Assembly: GCA_942491655.1 (NCBI GenBank)
Contig: CALOBL010000015.1
Span: forward strand, 2,046-66,045
Reading direction: 5' to 3'
From: Candidatus Cloacimonadaceae bacterium
GTDB lineage: Bacteria > Cloacimonadota > Cloacimonadia > Cloacimonadales > TCS61
DNA: 64,000 nt
Shown here in pieces: positions 41,270 to 52,714 of the stretch. Numbering within the stretch: the stretch's first letter is position 1; every line of letters begins with the position of its first letter. The notes below the pieces were generated by a model. The model saw only the letters and a program-made list of their open reading frames with translations, was not told where the DNA came from and did no database searches. The position numbers were made by a program, and so were the translations under genes.

Positions 41270-44125
41270 TTATTTCAAGAGGATCATTTTCTTAGTGATC
41301 TTCTCTTGTGAATTATTCAGGGTGTAATAATAAATTCCTGAAGTAACTGCGTCACCCTCGGCATCAGTACCATCCCAGAGAAGATTCATTTCCCCAGCTT
41401 CCAGATATGTATCCAAAAGAACTTTTACAAGTTGGCCTTTGGTGTTGTAGACTTTTATGGAAGTATTTCCCGCTGCTGGCAGAGAAAAATGGATATTCGT
41501 AACAGGATTAAAGGGATTAGGATAATTGGAGAGAGTAATTATGTTTCCTGGAATATCGTTATCATTTGTGCCAACATTAACATCTTCTACAATGGCTCTG
41601 ATCATTAAATTACCTTCATCCAGAACTTCCCATGAACCACTTGCATCTGTATAGGAATTACCTGAACTGCCAGTGTCAAGACCAATAGGTGACTGACTGG
41701 CGATCTCCAGGATACCCACATAAAAATCACCATCAGAAAATTCTTCCTGCTCGGTTTCCGGGATCATCAATGTATTCCAGCCTGCTTCTATTGAGCCGGA
41801 AATAGCAAATTGAGAGATAAAAGCTGCACCAGGCATTCCATTATCTCCATTATCATCAAAGATCCTGAAAATGGTAGTACCAGGTACCAGTGTTTCAACA
41901 TAGAATTGTACCAGCTTAACATTGATCGGTCCATTATCGTAAGTTGGTGAGTAGCGAACAACCATATGTCTGCCCTGTCCACAATTATATCCGTCTTCCG
42001 CACCACCATCATCAAAGTAAAGCAGATCTTCATGGCTACCCAGAACATAGGCGGTAGCTTCATTGGAATTTGCAGAATCATATCCGTCATAAATGGCTGT
42101 TACTACATAATAATTGAATTCACCCGAAGTCGGATCTGTATGAACATAAGTCGGCTCATTGCTTACTTCAACTTCTGCTATTTGATCGTATGGTCCTTCA
42201 GAAGTAGGAGAATGGAATACGTGATATCCCTGTAACTCTCGGGTTCTTGTTGTTGGAAGTTCCATGATTGTGCCGTCTGCAGCTGTTACATACCCTTGAA
42301 GCAGCCAGTTATAATTAAAATCACCACTGTAATCTGAAAAACCAGTACCTTGACTGAGGTATAAGCCAGCTACTGATGGACCTGAATCGTATCCTGCAGA
42401 ATATCCACCAGGATCAGATGGTTCAGTCTGGTTAATATAATAACCGACCCAGAGTTCTTCACCTAACTCTATTGTGACCGGAGTTGTTAGGTCTACTTCA
42501 TTCCATTCTTCTGGAACTGGATTTACGATATCTTCTTCTGACATTAAGTCGGATGCCATGGCTCCAGTCCAGACTCTTACGGAATAATCAGATGTAGTTG
42601 AAGTTCCCGGGATGAATTTCACGGTAGTCAACTCACCACCTACGTAAGGCATCATATCGGAAGCTGTAAATCTGCTGGCAACATACCATTCGCCTGCTGC
42701 GTTTAAACCGATCGAGCCGGCATATGTGCCATTATCCCAGCCTATCCAGCCTTCTTCTCCACCAAGTTCCGATGGATCCCAGGTTAATTGCACATCATTA
42801 TTGGGTAATGTTTCAGCTGTAAGATTCTCCGGTGCAGGGCCTAAAAATATTGTATTGTAAACTCTGAAGTCATCAATGAATAATCCAGTACCAACTCCAC
42901 CATCATCATTGTCATCAGTCAGATTTTTAAATTTGATCTGAACTGTCTGTCCGGCCCAGTTTGAAATATCACATGTACCTGTTTGCCAGCCGAAAGTATT
43001 CAGCGCATATTCCTGATCGATAAGAGTCCATACAGAAGCAACTCCACCCACATCGGGGCCATTAAAATTATAATGCAGTCTAGTCCAGGCCACTTGATCA
43101 ACACCTTTTACGTAAACATGGTATAGGTCTTCCAGTATACCATCAACATCATTATCTCCATCTGAATCGAGCATGTCACAATAAACCCAGTAATCAATAA
43201 AAATCTCTACTTCAGGAAGATCAGGAAGAACGATCTCAGGAGAGATAAGTTCGTCATCAAGATTGTTGTGAACAGTACAACGCATTGCATTATCGCCACT
43301 ATGTGGATTAGTTGTATCCAGAGTCCAGTAATTACCGGAAATGGAACCGGCATAACCTGGAATCATCTGATCGTCTCCTGCTGCGCCATCACCATCGCTG
43401 TAAAAAATGTCTGCTACATTAATATCATCTACCCTGATTCCATAGAATTCAGGATTACTTGCAGTATCAACAGCGGGATCAGAAGCAAAGGCAAATCTGA
43501 TCTTAACATTCTGCCCGGCATAAGCTGAAAGGTCAAATTCAGCATCAAGCCAGCCGTTTGAAACATCGCCCCAGCCCGGTACGTTAACTCCTTCCAGGAA
43601 TTCATAACCAAAACAGTACATGGAAGTACCATTATAAGCGGGTGTTCCACTGATAACAGTCCAACTGGATCCGCCATCAGTTGAGATTCTTACGTTACTG
43701 CCGTCCCAGCCGTTGTAGTCGCCAGTTCCACCTAATTCTTCCACATTCCAGTCGACCTTAAAGGTTAAAGTGGGACTGTCTGTCGGTAGGGTAAGTTCAG
43801 GTGTATCAAGCACAACATATCTATGGCTCAAATAACCACCCAGCTCTTCGTCACCCATCCACCAGGAATTGCCTTCCCAGGCACCAACAGTGGAAAGATG
43901 CCAGTTTTCGTCCCAGTCGTCAGGAGCTGTGGCATCAACAAATTGCCAGTCTCCCTGTCCTGATTCAAAATCATCTTCGAAAATGATATTCTCTTCATCT
44001 CTTGTTGAATTAGCTTTTTCAATAGAAATTGGACTGCCCAGGCCCTGATTGCTCTGAAGATCTGTTTCAGCTGTTAAACTGAAGATCAATCCAGAAATGA
44101 ATAAAAAACTAATTAATTTTCTCAT
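41270..44125 (-). CDS. Secreted 951-aa beta-sandwich protein (MAM/immune-inhibitor-A-like modules, FnIII-like segments, CTD)
   Basis: Signal peptide; FEDDFESG..W, GxxIDD module ends, APENL...LTW / GYHVF...YYVVTA; NYPNPFNP...KKMILLK. No catalytic motif recognised. Confidence 0.75.
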   Translation of the reverse strand: MRKLISFLFISGLIFSLTAETDLQSNQGLGSPISIEKANSTRDEENIIFEDDFESGQGDWQFVDATAPDDWDENWHLSTVGAWEGNSWWMGDEELGGYLSHRYVVLDTPELTLPTDSPTLTFKVDWNVEELGGTGDYNGWDGSNVRISTDGGSSWTVISGTPAYNGTSMYCFGYEFLEGVNVPGWGDVSNGWLDAEFDLSAYAGQNVKIRFAFASDPAVDTASNPEFYGIRVDDINVADIFYSDGDGAAGDDQMIPGYAGSISGNYWTLDTTNPHSGDNAMRCTVHNNLDDELISPEIVLPDLPEVEIFIDYWVYCDMLDSDGDNDVDGILEDLYHVYVKGVDQVAWTRLHYNFNGPDVGGVASVWTLIDQEYALNTFGWQTGTCDISNWAGQTVQIKFKNLTDDNDDGGVGTGLFIDDFRVYNTIFLGPAPENLTAETLPNNDVQLTWDPSELGGEEGWIGWDNGTYAGSIGLNAAGEWYVASRFTASDMMPYVGGELTTVKFIPGTSTTSDYSVRVWTGAMASDLMSEEDIVNPVPEEWNEVDLTTPVTIELGEELWVGYYINQTEPSDPGGYSAGYDSGPSVAGLYLSQGTGFSDYSGDFNYNWLLQGYVTAADGTIMELPTTRTRELQGYHVFHSPTSEGPYDQIAEVEVSNEPTYVHTDPTSGEFNYYVVTAIYDGYDSANSNEATAYVLGSHEDLLYFDDGGAEDGYNCGQGRHMVVRYSPTYDNGPINVKLVQFYVETLVPGTTIFRIFDDNGDNGMPGAAFISQFAISGSIEAGWNTLMIPETEQEEFSDGDFYVGILEIASQSPIGLDTGSSGNSYTDASGSWEVLDEGNLMIRAIVEDVNVGTNDNDIPGNIITLSNYPNPFNPVTNIHFSLPAAGNTSIKVYNTKGQLVKVLLDTYLEAGEMNLLWDGTDAEGDAVTSGIYYYTLNNSQEKITKKMILLK

Positions 44126-44326
44126 AATAAACTCCTCCTTGCTTTTATAGTTTGCTTTTTGAAAAATAATTGCTCACCAATTTTGTCAAATGTTTTAAAT
44201 CAAATAGTAACTTGCATATTTTCTTAAAAAGCAAGTCTTTCAGTTTTATTGGATTTATTAATTAGTTGAATGTTACCGGAGAAAGTCTGGCTTAATGGTT
44301 TTCATGTTAGTTGTATGAAACATATC

Positions 44327-44362
44327 AAAAAAACAGGCCCTGATCATAAAACCAGGGCCTGT
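44327..44362 (-). terminator. Terminator after the 2025-aa protein gene
   Basis: 10-bp stem ACAGGCCCTG/CAGGGCCTGT followed by a U-tract on the minus strand. Confidence 0.8.
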
Positions 44363-44421
44363 CTAAACTCTTAAATCAATAGTTTAATAACTATTTCATC
44401 AAGATTTATCCTGTGAAAAGA

Positions 44422-47400
44422 TTATTTCATCAGGATCATTTTCTTAGTAGAAGTATATCTTCCAGCTTTCATCTTGTAGAAGTATACACCACTAGATACT
44501 GTATTGTTGTTATCGTCTGTTCCGTTCCACTCTTCAGTATAGTAATTAGCTTCTCTGAATCCATCAACAAGAGTTTTAACTTTTTCACCCTTGATGTTGT
44601 AGATTTCAATGTTCACCACACCAGGTTCGCTGACTGCGAATTTGATCTTGGTGACAGGATTGAATGGATTCGGATAGTTGCCGGAAAGTTCTGTAACTAC
44701 CGGGATGATTGGATCACCAGCATCAACAACATCAACTTCTATTACATTAGATGGAGATGATTCACCGGTCGGATCTTCATAAAGTGCTGTAATGTAGTAT
44801 TCATGAAGTCCACCTGGTACTGCTGCATCAAGGTAGAATGTACCGGAAGGATTTCCGATCACGATTCCGTCTCTGTAAACGTTGTAACCCGTAAGTTCTC
44901 TGGTTGTACCAACGAAATGATCTTCTACATCAATTGAGATCTTTTCACCGGATCTTCCAGATCTATTAGCAGGAATTACAGGATCAACAGTAACTGGAGA
45001 AAGTTCAGATATTCTGCCGTCACCATACTGTACTACTGCACGAAGCAGATATGCTTCACCCCATGTAGCCCAGCCTCCGGTATCGGCATGATCCCAGCTT
45101 CTGCCGTTATCCAGATTAGTATCATAGCTCATGTAAGTGTCAGCGTTGATTGAACCGAATGTGACCATGAAATCTCCATCGACCATCAGATTTTCAGCTG
45201 AAATATCGATGGTGTTCCAGTCATCTGTAGCAACGTCTGTGACCAGTTCCTGATAAAGCATGTCTTCTGTCGGTGCTGTATCCCAGCCCCAGACTTCTGC
45301 ATTGAATCCTGAACCCGCAGATGTATGGATCTTCAACTGGAGTATCTGGCAAGACTGTTCAGGACTCATCTGAGTACCCATACTGTAGCCTTCATAACTA
45401 TAGGCTCCTGTACTTACATCATTATCGTAGATCAGTTCTACTGTTTCACCGGTTGGTGGGGCTGGTGCATCCCACTGCAGTACTACGTTCGGATTTGGCG
45501 GGTTGTATGTTGCAGCAAGGTTGCCAGGTGCCCAGAATGCAGGTGAAAGTTGAACGTCATATTCAACCACATCATCCTGTACAACTGTTACGGTTCCGTT
45601 AAATACATTATAGCCATCCAGGGTTACAGTTACAGACATTTCACCCGGATCTGTAATAAGACTATAAGAACCATCAGCAGCAGTTTCGTCTGAGGCTCCA
45701 CCAATAGCAACAAGTGCACCTTCTAAAGGATCACCTGTATCGCTTCTGGTAACAATACCTTCAACTGTACCGACAGCTGTCGGAATAAGTTCTGCTACAG
45801 CTCTGAAATGGTAGTCAGAGAAACCATCCAGTGCTGCCCAGCCTGTTCCATCAAAAGCGAAAGAGTTAGGCCAGAAACCAGGTTGAGTTATAGTACAGTG
45901 AACTACACCATATTCTCCACCTGTATTAGCAAGGAAACCAATGTAGAAATTACCCTGTATGTCTGCCAGGTCATCTGCATAAGGTCTCAAGTCAATACGA
46001 GTCATTGCACTGGTATTGGTATAACTTGCTTCAGGACTAACTATAAATGGAGTGATCAGGTCAGCGCCCGGTACTCCACCATTATCGGCCCAAACATGGA
46101 ATTCAAAGTCATCATTGTCCTGTCCGGACTGGTCAGTATAGTTCCTGATCAGAGCATAAGCCAGGTTCAGCTGGAATCCAGCTGGATTATCTATTCTTAC
46201 AGCAGCACCGGTTCCTTCCGTAATGGTAGTATAGAAGTCAACTATACCATTATCATAAATGAAAGGTGTACCAGCGATATAAACAAATCCGTCCATCATA
46301 CCAACATTGCTGTTTTCAGAAGCATCTGTAGCTTCGATAGCATAATCAACCTGTACACCGGCATCCTGAGCTGGAATTGTAAAGGTATAAACATTACCAT
46401 CTACAGAAGTATAAGGAGCAGAAATAGCATCGCCTTCGTCAAGAGTATAAATTACGTTTGCTTCAGCGATACCTGATACATCATTGATCACTGCAGTAAA
46501 TACATAATCATCTGCAGTTCCTTCATAGAATGCAGGTCCATTATGAATAATAAATGGAGCAGCTGTATCTTCCATGGAAGTAGTAACCAGAACATCATCT
46601 ATGTACATACCGTTAATTTCAAAACCACCATCAGTTTCCAGTCTGAATCTTAACCAGACAGTTTCATAACCGGCTCCAACAAATCCGCCCAGAGCGATCT
46701 CTTCCTGTACGAATTCTGTCATGTCCTGAATATCATAAGTTTCCAGGTTAAGCCAGGTTTCACCATCGGTGCTGATCTCAGCATACATATAATCGAATGC
46801 TGTCTCAATATCACACATATACCAGTATGAAAGTGTAGCATTCAATACACCGGAAAGATCCCATGGTGTGGCCAGAGTTGCACTGATATTAAGATTGGCT
46901 GCATAGTTGCCGCCAGGACTGTCATGCAGTGAGTTAGATGGAGAATGTGATTCTTCATCTGTAACTGCCCAGGTTCCTTCCAGAGTCCAGTTACCTGAAC
47001 CTGATTCAAAGTCGTCTAAGAAGTAAATGTCGCCGCCGCCACCAGGAATCAGGGCGAAGTCTACTACTGCAAGACCACCGTCTGTTATTTCTACGGCAAC
47101 AGGATCAGCAGCATTATATGTTGTAGCAGAGCAATTAACATTATAATCACCAACCAGCATACCTTCAATCAGATAATAACCGGTAGCATCTGTAGAAGCG
47201 CCATAAGGTCCTGCTGTAATAACAGCACCTGCAATTGGCTCACCAGATTCTGAATTAGTAACAGTTCCTTCCAGATCACCGAAAGCAAGAGTAGCTGTAA
47301 CTTCATTAGAACCTGCTGATTCACCCATATGCCATACAGCTGTTACATAGTAGGTGTAGGTTCCTTCAGACACACCAAGATCATCATAATATAGGTCTGC

Positions 47401-50400
47401 GATCAATTCATCATTTAATAAAGTATCATTTCTGTATACGTTGAATCCTAATAATGCTCTAGTTTGTGATGAATAATTTTCAGGAACATCAGTTAGAAGA
47501 GTTGTATTTTCGAAATTCTTAGCTTTGTGTCCATTGGTAGGATTATAACTTGTAGCATATCTCAAAGGAGCGCCATCGCCATTAATATAAATAGATGTTG
47601 CATGTTCAAGGTCTGGTTCCCATGCTCCTGGTTCACCAACATAACCGTGGTTATTGCCAGTATCGGCACCTAAGCTGAATGGAGCACCCTGCCCAGTAGT
47701 TTCATTGTAGACAACAGGTGCAACGGCTACATAAAAGTTATCATCCATTGTAATAGCATCAAATTCATAAACTATTTCAGTAAAATGAATAGCTGTCATT
47801 ACAGCTGATTCATGAAGTAATGTAGCTCCATCAGCAGCATAAATTTTAAACGTGAAATCAGTATCTTCACCCCATTCACCATTATCGTAGAATGTGTGAG
47901 AAACTTTACTGAGATCTATCGGATAAGAGAAACCAAATTCTGTAACATCATACAGTGTTGCTCTTTCCGGAGCTGCTCTGTTGAAGTATTGAGGTCCTGG
48001 ATAATAAGTATTCCAACCATATTGTGTTGGAGCTACCCAATCCAGAAGTATATCGCTTTCATCGATCACATAACTGAGATCGAGTGGAGGCCAGAGAAGT
48101 TCATCTGTGATGTCTTCAATGTCACCCATACTTCTGGGTAGAAGTTTATATTCATCAAAGGAATAGGTGAATACACCGGCTACATTATAAATTCCGGCTA
48201 AAACAGGTTCAAAGTCATAAAACACGTCATCTGTTTTAGCGTCACCAGTTCCATCATCCAGCATTGCTTCACCGTATGTATTAGCTTCAGCAGTACATGA
48301 GGCAACCAGGAACTGACCGTAAACACCTTCATACGGTTCAGTTGCAGCACCTGTAGCAACATGAACAGGACCAGGTAAAGCGTTGCCTGAAGAGTTAATG
48401 TGAGACTCAGTTACATTCTGCAGTTCAGTTAAACCGAAATATTCAGCAACTTCTGCAGTAATAGTAAGTTCATCACCAACAGCAAGCAGAGAGTCGAGAT
48501 CATAGGAATAAACATAAACACCATTCCAGGCACCTTCAGCATCCTGGATCCAGTGCTTACTTACGCCATCAGTAGCAGTAACGATACCTGTTACGGTAAC
48601 TGTCTCACCTACCATAAGTGAAGGATATGTGTTGTCGTCACCAGGAATATCTGTATACTGAACATCATAAATAGAAACAGGATCAAAATCTATTGCGATT
48701 TGATAATCGCCAAAATTAGTTCCTGAAGAACCGTATCCGTCAACAACGGCGACATACGTCCCTGCTGTTAATTCCATATCGAAAATAGCTGATTGTAGAG
48801 CTCTGTTCTGTTGTTTCTTTTCAGCAGCAGAAAATACGTCCCTTCCATTATAATCATCATTATAGAAAAGATAATTGCCTGTTCCCGGAACAACTCCAGC
48901 CTCATAAATCCCAAGCTTGGTGTCAAATGATGAACCTAAAAGGGAAACATCTACAATTGTGTCAAAACCTATTGTGAATTCATAAACGACATCTGGGCAT
49001 CCATCTGTAGAACCCGTATCGTAATCATCATTATAGATCTCTGTTGTTCCTGAGTGGAAATAACTGGTGCCTACAAAATCTACATAAATTGGATCATCAA
49101 TTGTGTCACCATCAAGTTCTTCCAAAGCAAAATCAACAACTATCATATCTCCGGAAGCGACTGCAACATCTGCCACACTGTCAGAGAAGTAATCAACAGC
49201 CATACATGTTACAGTATAGGTACCTGCTAATACATTTTCAATAGTATAAGAACCGTCAGCACCAGAAGTTGCTGTGAAAGAACCAGCTGTTACAACTGCA
49301 CCTTCAATTCCGGTTGCAGTATCAACATCTGTTACCATTCCACTGATGGTACCGCTTGTTGCTTCAAAAACTTCAATATCATCTACATACCATTCTGAGG
49401 CATAGTCTCCGGTATATTTGAAACCAATATATCCTTCACCGCTGTATGCGCCCAGATCAACCATTGCCTGAGTCCAGTCTGCTGCTGTCTGATCGAACTC
49501 GCTTACTAATACGAAATCACCATCCGCTGGATTACCACTGCCTGTAGAAACCCAGACACCATGGTGAACATACCAGGAAGGAACATAAGTATTGGTTTCA
49601 TAGAAGGTAAGCATGTTAGCGACATCAAAGTTTATGACTGGAGTGATTAGCCAGTCTTCAATGCCGGTATCAACATTGTCATCATTATGATAAACGCAAT
49701 TTGTGGGTGAATATGCATCAGCATCTGTTAAAATCCAACCAGCAGGATCGATCAACTGATATTCAGTCCAGCCTGTAGGTGGAAAAGTACCACTTTCAAA
49801 ATCTTCGAATACATAATCTGAAGCACTGCTTCCGCCAACTGTTCCATACAGAGAAAAACTTAAATTAAAATCATCATAAGTTGAGTCTGGGTATTGAGTT
49901 GTTGCCGGAACCCAATCGGTGTTTCCGCTTGCAAAACCATCTCCCGGGTTACGCCAGTAGAACATCTCGCCTATGGTTGGAGATTCCTGCTTACTCCAAT
50001 ACCATTGTCCTGCAGTACCAAAATCTTGTTTACCCTGAACAGATACCCAGTAAGTCCCTTCTGCTAAATAGGAATTGGGTATTGTTATATCAAGGTTACC
50101 AACAGCATCAGGATTTGCGGCAACTGCCAGATATTCGAATAACATATCACCAGGCATTCCAGCATCATCAGCATAAAAACGGACATTAGCGAGATCGCAT
50201 GGTCCAGTAGTTGAATATGAACCCAGAATCATTACCTGGTTAATTGTCCATCCATCAGCTGGGACAGAAAATTCATCTGCACCTTCAGCATCATAAGCAT
50301 TATAGGCATCCTCAAAATCCTGAGCGGTTATGCCACCTTCAGATGCGGGATTTGAGACCTGATCATAGAGTAAATCTCTAGTCTGAAATTTTGTCAGATC

Positions 50401-50499
50401 ATTAACCACTACTGCGTTTGTGCTCTGTGCTGTGATTTCTGCTAAAAGCAGACTAGATGAGAAGACCACCAGAACGAAAATAATTAACGATTTTTTCAT
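44422..50499 (-). CDS. Large secreted multidomain surface protein (cleaved-adhesin-like, three carboxypeptidase-regulatory-like, OB-fold-like and FnIII-like modules, CTD)
   Basis: Signal peptide; EDFESGTFPPTGW...DWLITP; three GxVT...GAxV...GxY repeats; VTVTGIVTA...WIQD...NGVYVY; GNYPNPFNP...KKMILMK. Confidence 0.78.
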   Translation of the reverse strand: MKKSLIIFVLVVFSSSLLLAEITAQSTNAVVVNDLTKFQTRDLLYDQVSNPASEGGITAQDFEDAYNAYDAEGADEFSVPADGWTINQVMILGSYSTTGPCDLANVRFYADDAGMPGDMLFEYLAVAANPDAVGNLDITIPNSYLAEGTYWVSVQGKQDFGTAGQWYWSKQESPTIGEMFYWRNPGDGFASGNTDWVPATTQYPDSTYDDFNLSFSLYGTVGGSSASDYVFEDFESGTFPPTGWTEYQLIDPAGWILTDADAYSPTNCVYHNDDNVDTGIEDWLITPVINFDVANMLTFYETNTYVPSWYVHHGVWVSTGSGNPADGDFVLVSEFDQTAADWTQAMVDLGAYSGEGYIGFKYTGDYASEWYVDDIEVFEATSGTISGMVTDVDTATGIEGAVVTAGSFTATSGADGSYTIENVLAGTYTVTCMAVDYFSDSVADVAVASGDMIVVDFALEELDGDTIDDPIYVDFVGTSYFHSGTTEIYNDDYDTGSTDGCPDVVYEFTIGFDTIVDVSLLGSSFDTKLGIYEAGVVPGTGNYLFYNDDYNGRDVFSAAEKKQQNRALQSAIFDMELTAGTYVAVVDGYGSSGTNFGDYQIAIDFDPVSIYDVQYTDIPGDDNTYPSLMVGETVTVTGIVTATDGVSKHWIQDAEGAWNGVYVYSYDLDSLLAVGDELTITAEVAEYFGLTELQNVTESHINSSGNALPGPVHVATGAATEPYEGVYGQFLVASCTAEANTYGEAMLDDGTGDAKTDDVFYDFEPVLAGIYNVAGVFTYSFDEYKLLPRSMGDIEDITDELLWPPLDLSYVIDESDILLDWVAPTQYGWNTYYPGPQYFNRAAPERATLYDVTEFGFSYPIDLSKVSHTFYDNGEWGEDTDFTFKIYAADGATLLHESAVMTAIHFTEIVYEFDAITMDDNFYVAVAPVVYNETTGQGAPFSLGADTGNNHGYVGEPGAWEPDLEHATSIYINGDGAPLRYATSYNPTNGHKAKNFENTTLLTDVPENYSSQTRALLGFNVYRNDTLLNDELIADLYYDDLGVSEGTYTYYVTAVWHMGESAGSNEVTATLAFGDLEGTVTNSESGEPIAGAVITAGPYGASTDATGYYLIEGMLVGDYNVNCSATTYNAADPVAVEITDGGLAVVDFALIPGGGGDIYFLDDFESGSGNWTLEGTWAVTDEESHSPSNSLHDSPGGNYAANLNISATLATPWDLSGVLNATLSYWYMCDIETAFDYMYAEISTDGETWLNLETYDIQDMTEFVQEEIALGGFVGAGYETVWLRFRLETDGGFEINGMYIDDVLVTTSMEDTAAPFIIHNGPAFYEGTADDYVFTAVINDVSGIAEANVIYTLDEGDAISAPYTSVDGNVYTFTIPAQDAGVQVDYAIEATDASENSNVGMMDGFVYIAGTPFIYDNGIVDFYTTITEGTGAAVRIDNPAGFQLNLAYALIRNYTDQSGQDNDDFEFHVWADNGGVPGADLITPFIVSPEASYTNTSAMTRIDLRPYADDLADIQGNFYIGFLANTGGEYGVVHCTITQPGFWPNSFAFDGTGWAALDGFSDYHFRAVAELIPTAVGTVEGIVTRSDTGDPLEGALVAIGGASDETAADGSYSLITDPGEMSVTVTLDGYNVFNGTVTVVQDDVVEYDVQLSPAFWAPGNLAATYNPPNPNVVLQWDAPAPPTGETVELIYDNDVSTGAYSYEGYSMGTQMSPEQSCQILQLKIHTSAGSGFNAEVWGWDTAPTEDMLYQELVTDVATDDWNTIDISAENLMVDGDFMVTFGSINADTYMSYDTNLDNGRSWDHADTGGWATWGEAYLLRAVVQYGDGRISELSPVTVDPVIPANRSGRSGEKISIDVEDHFVGTTRELTGYNVYRDGIVIGNPSGTFYLDAAVPGGLHEYYITALYEDPTGESSPSNVIEVDVVDAGDPIIPVVTELSGNYPNPFNPVTKIKFAVSEPGVVNIEIYNIKGEKVKTLVDGFREANYYTEEWNGTDDNNNTVSSGVYFYKMKAGRYTSTKKMILMK

Positions 50500-50652
50500 A
50501 AATTAACCTCCTTGTTTATTTAGAAAATTATGATTCCTGAAAAAACAGTTATTCATTATTTTTGTCAAATACTTTTACACTCAACATGAAAAGAGTGTAA
50601 ACAAGTTTGGCAGTTATCCGGTTTGTTTTTTGGGAAAGCTAAAATGAAGAAT

Positions 50653-50680
50653 AAAAAAAGGCGCACGGTTATGCGCCTTT
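50653..50680 (-). terminator. Terminator after gap
   Basis: Stem AAAGGCGCA/TGCGCCTTT followed by a U-tract on the minus strand. Confidence 0.75.
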
Positions 50681-50717
50681 AAACGGTAATTATAAGAAAT
50701 ATTTTCAGTAAGAAAAA

Positions 50718-52699
<1,982 letters not shown>

Positions 52700-52714
52700 A
52701 AAAACCTCCAGTTC

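Noticed and set aside
45808-46476. Long antisense ORFs such as 45808-46476 (222 aa), 11643-12266 and 8140-8673
   Set aside because: Shadow frames opposite real genes, with no RBS or recognisable motifs.
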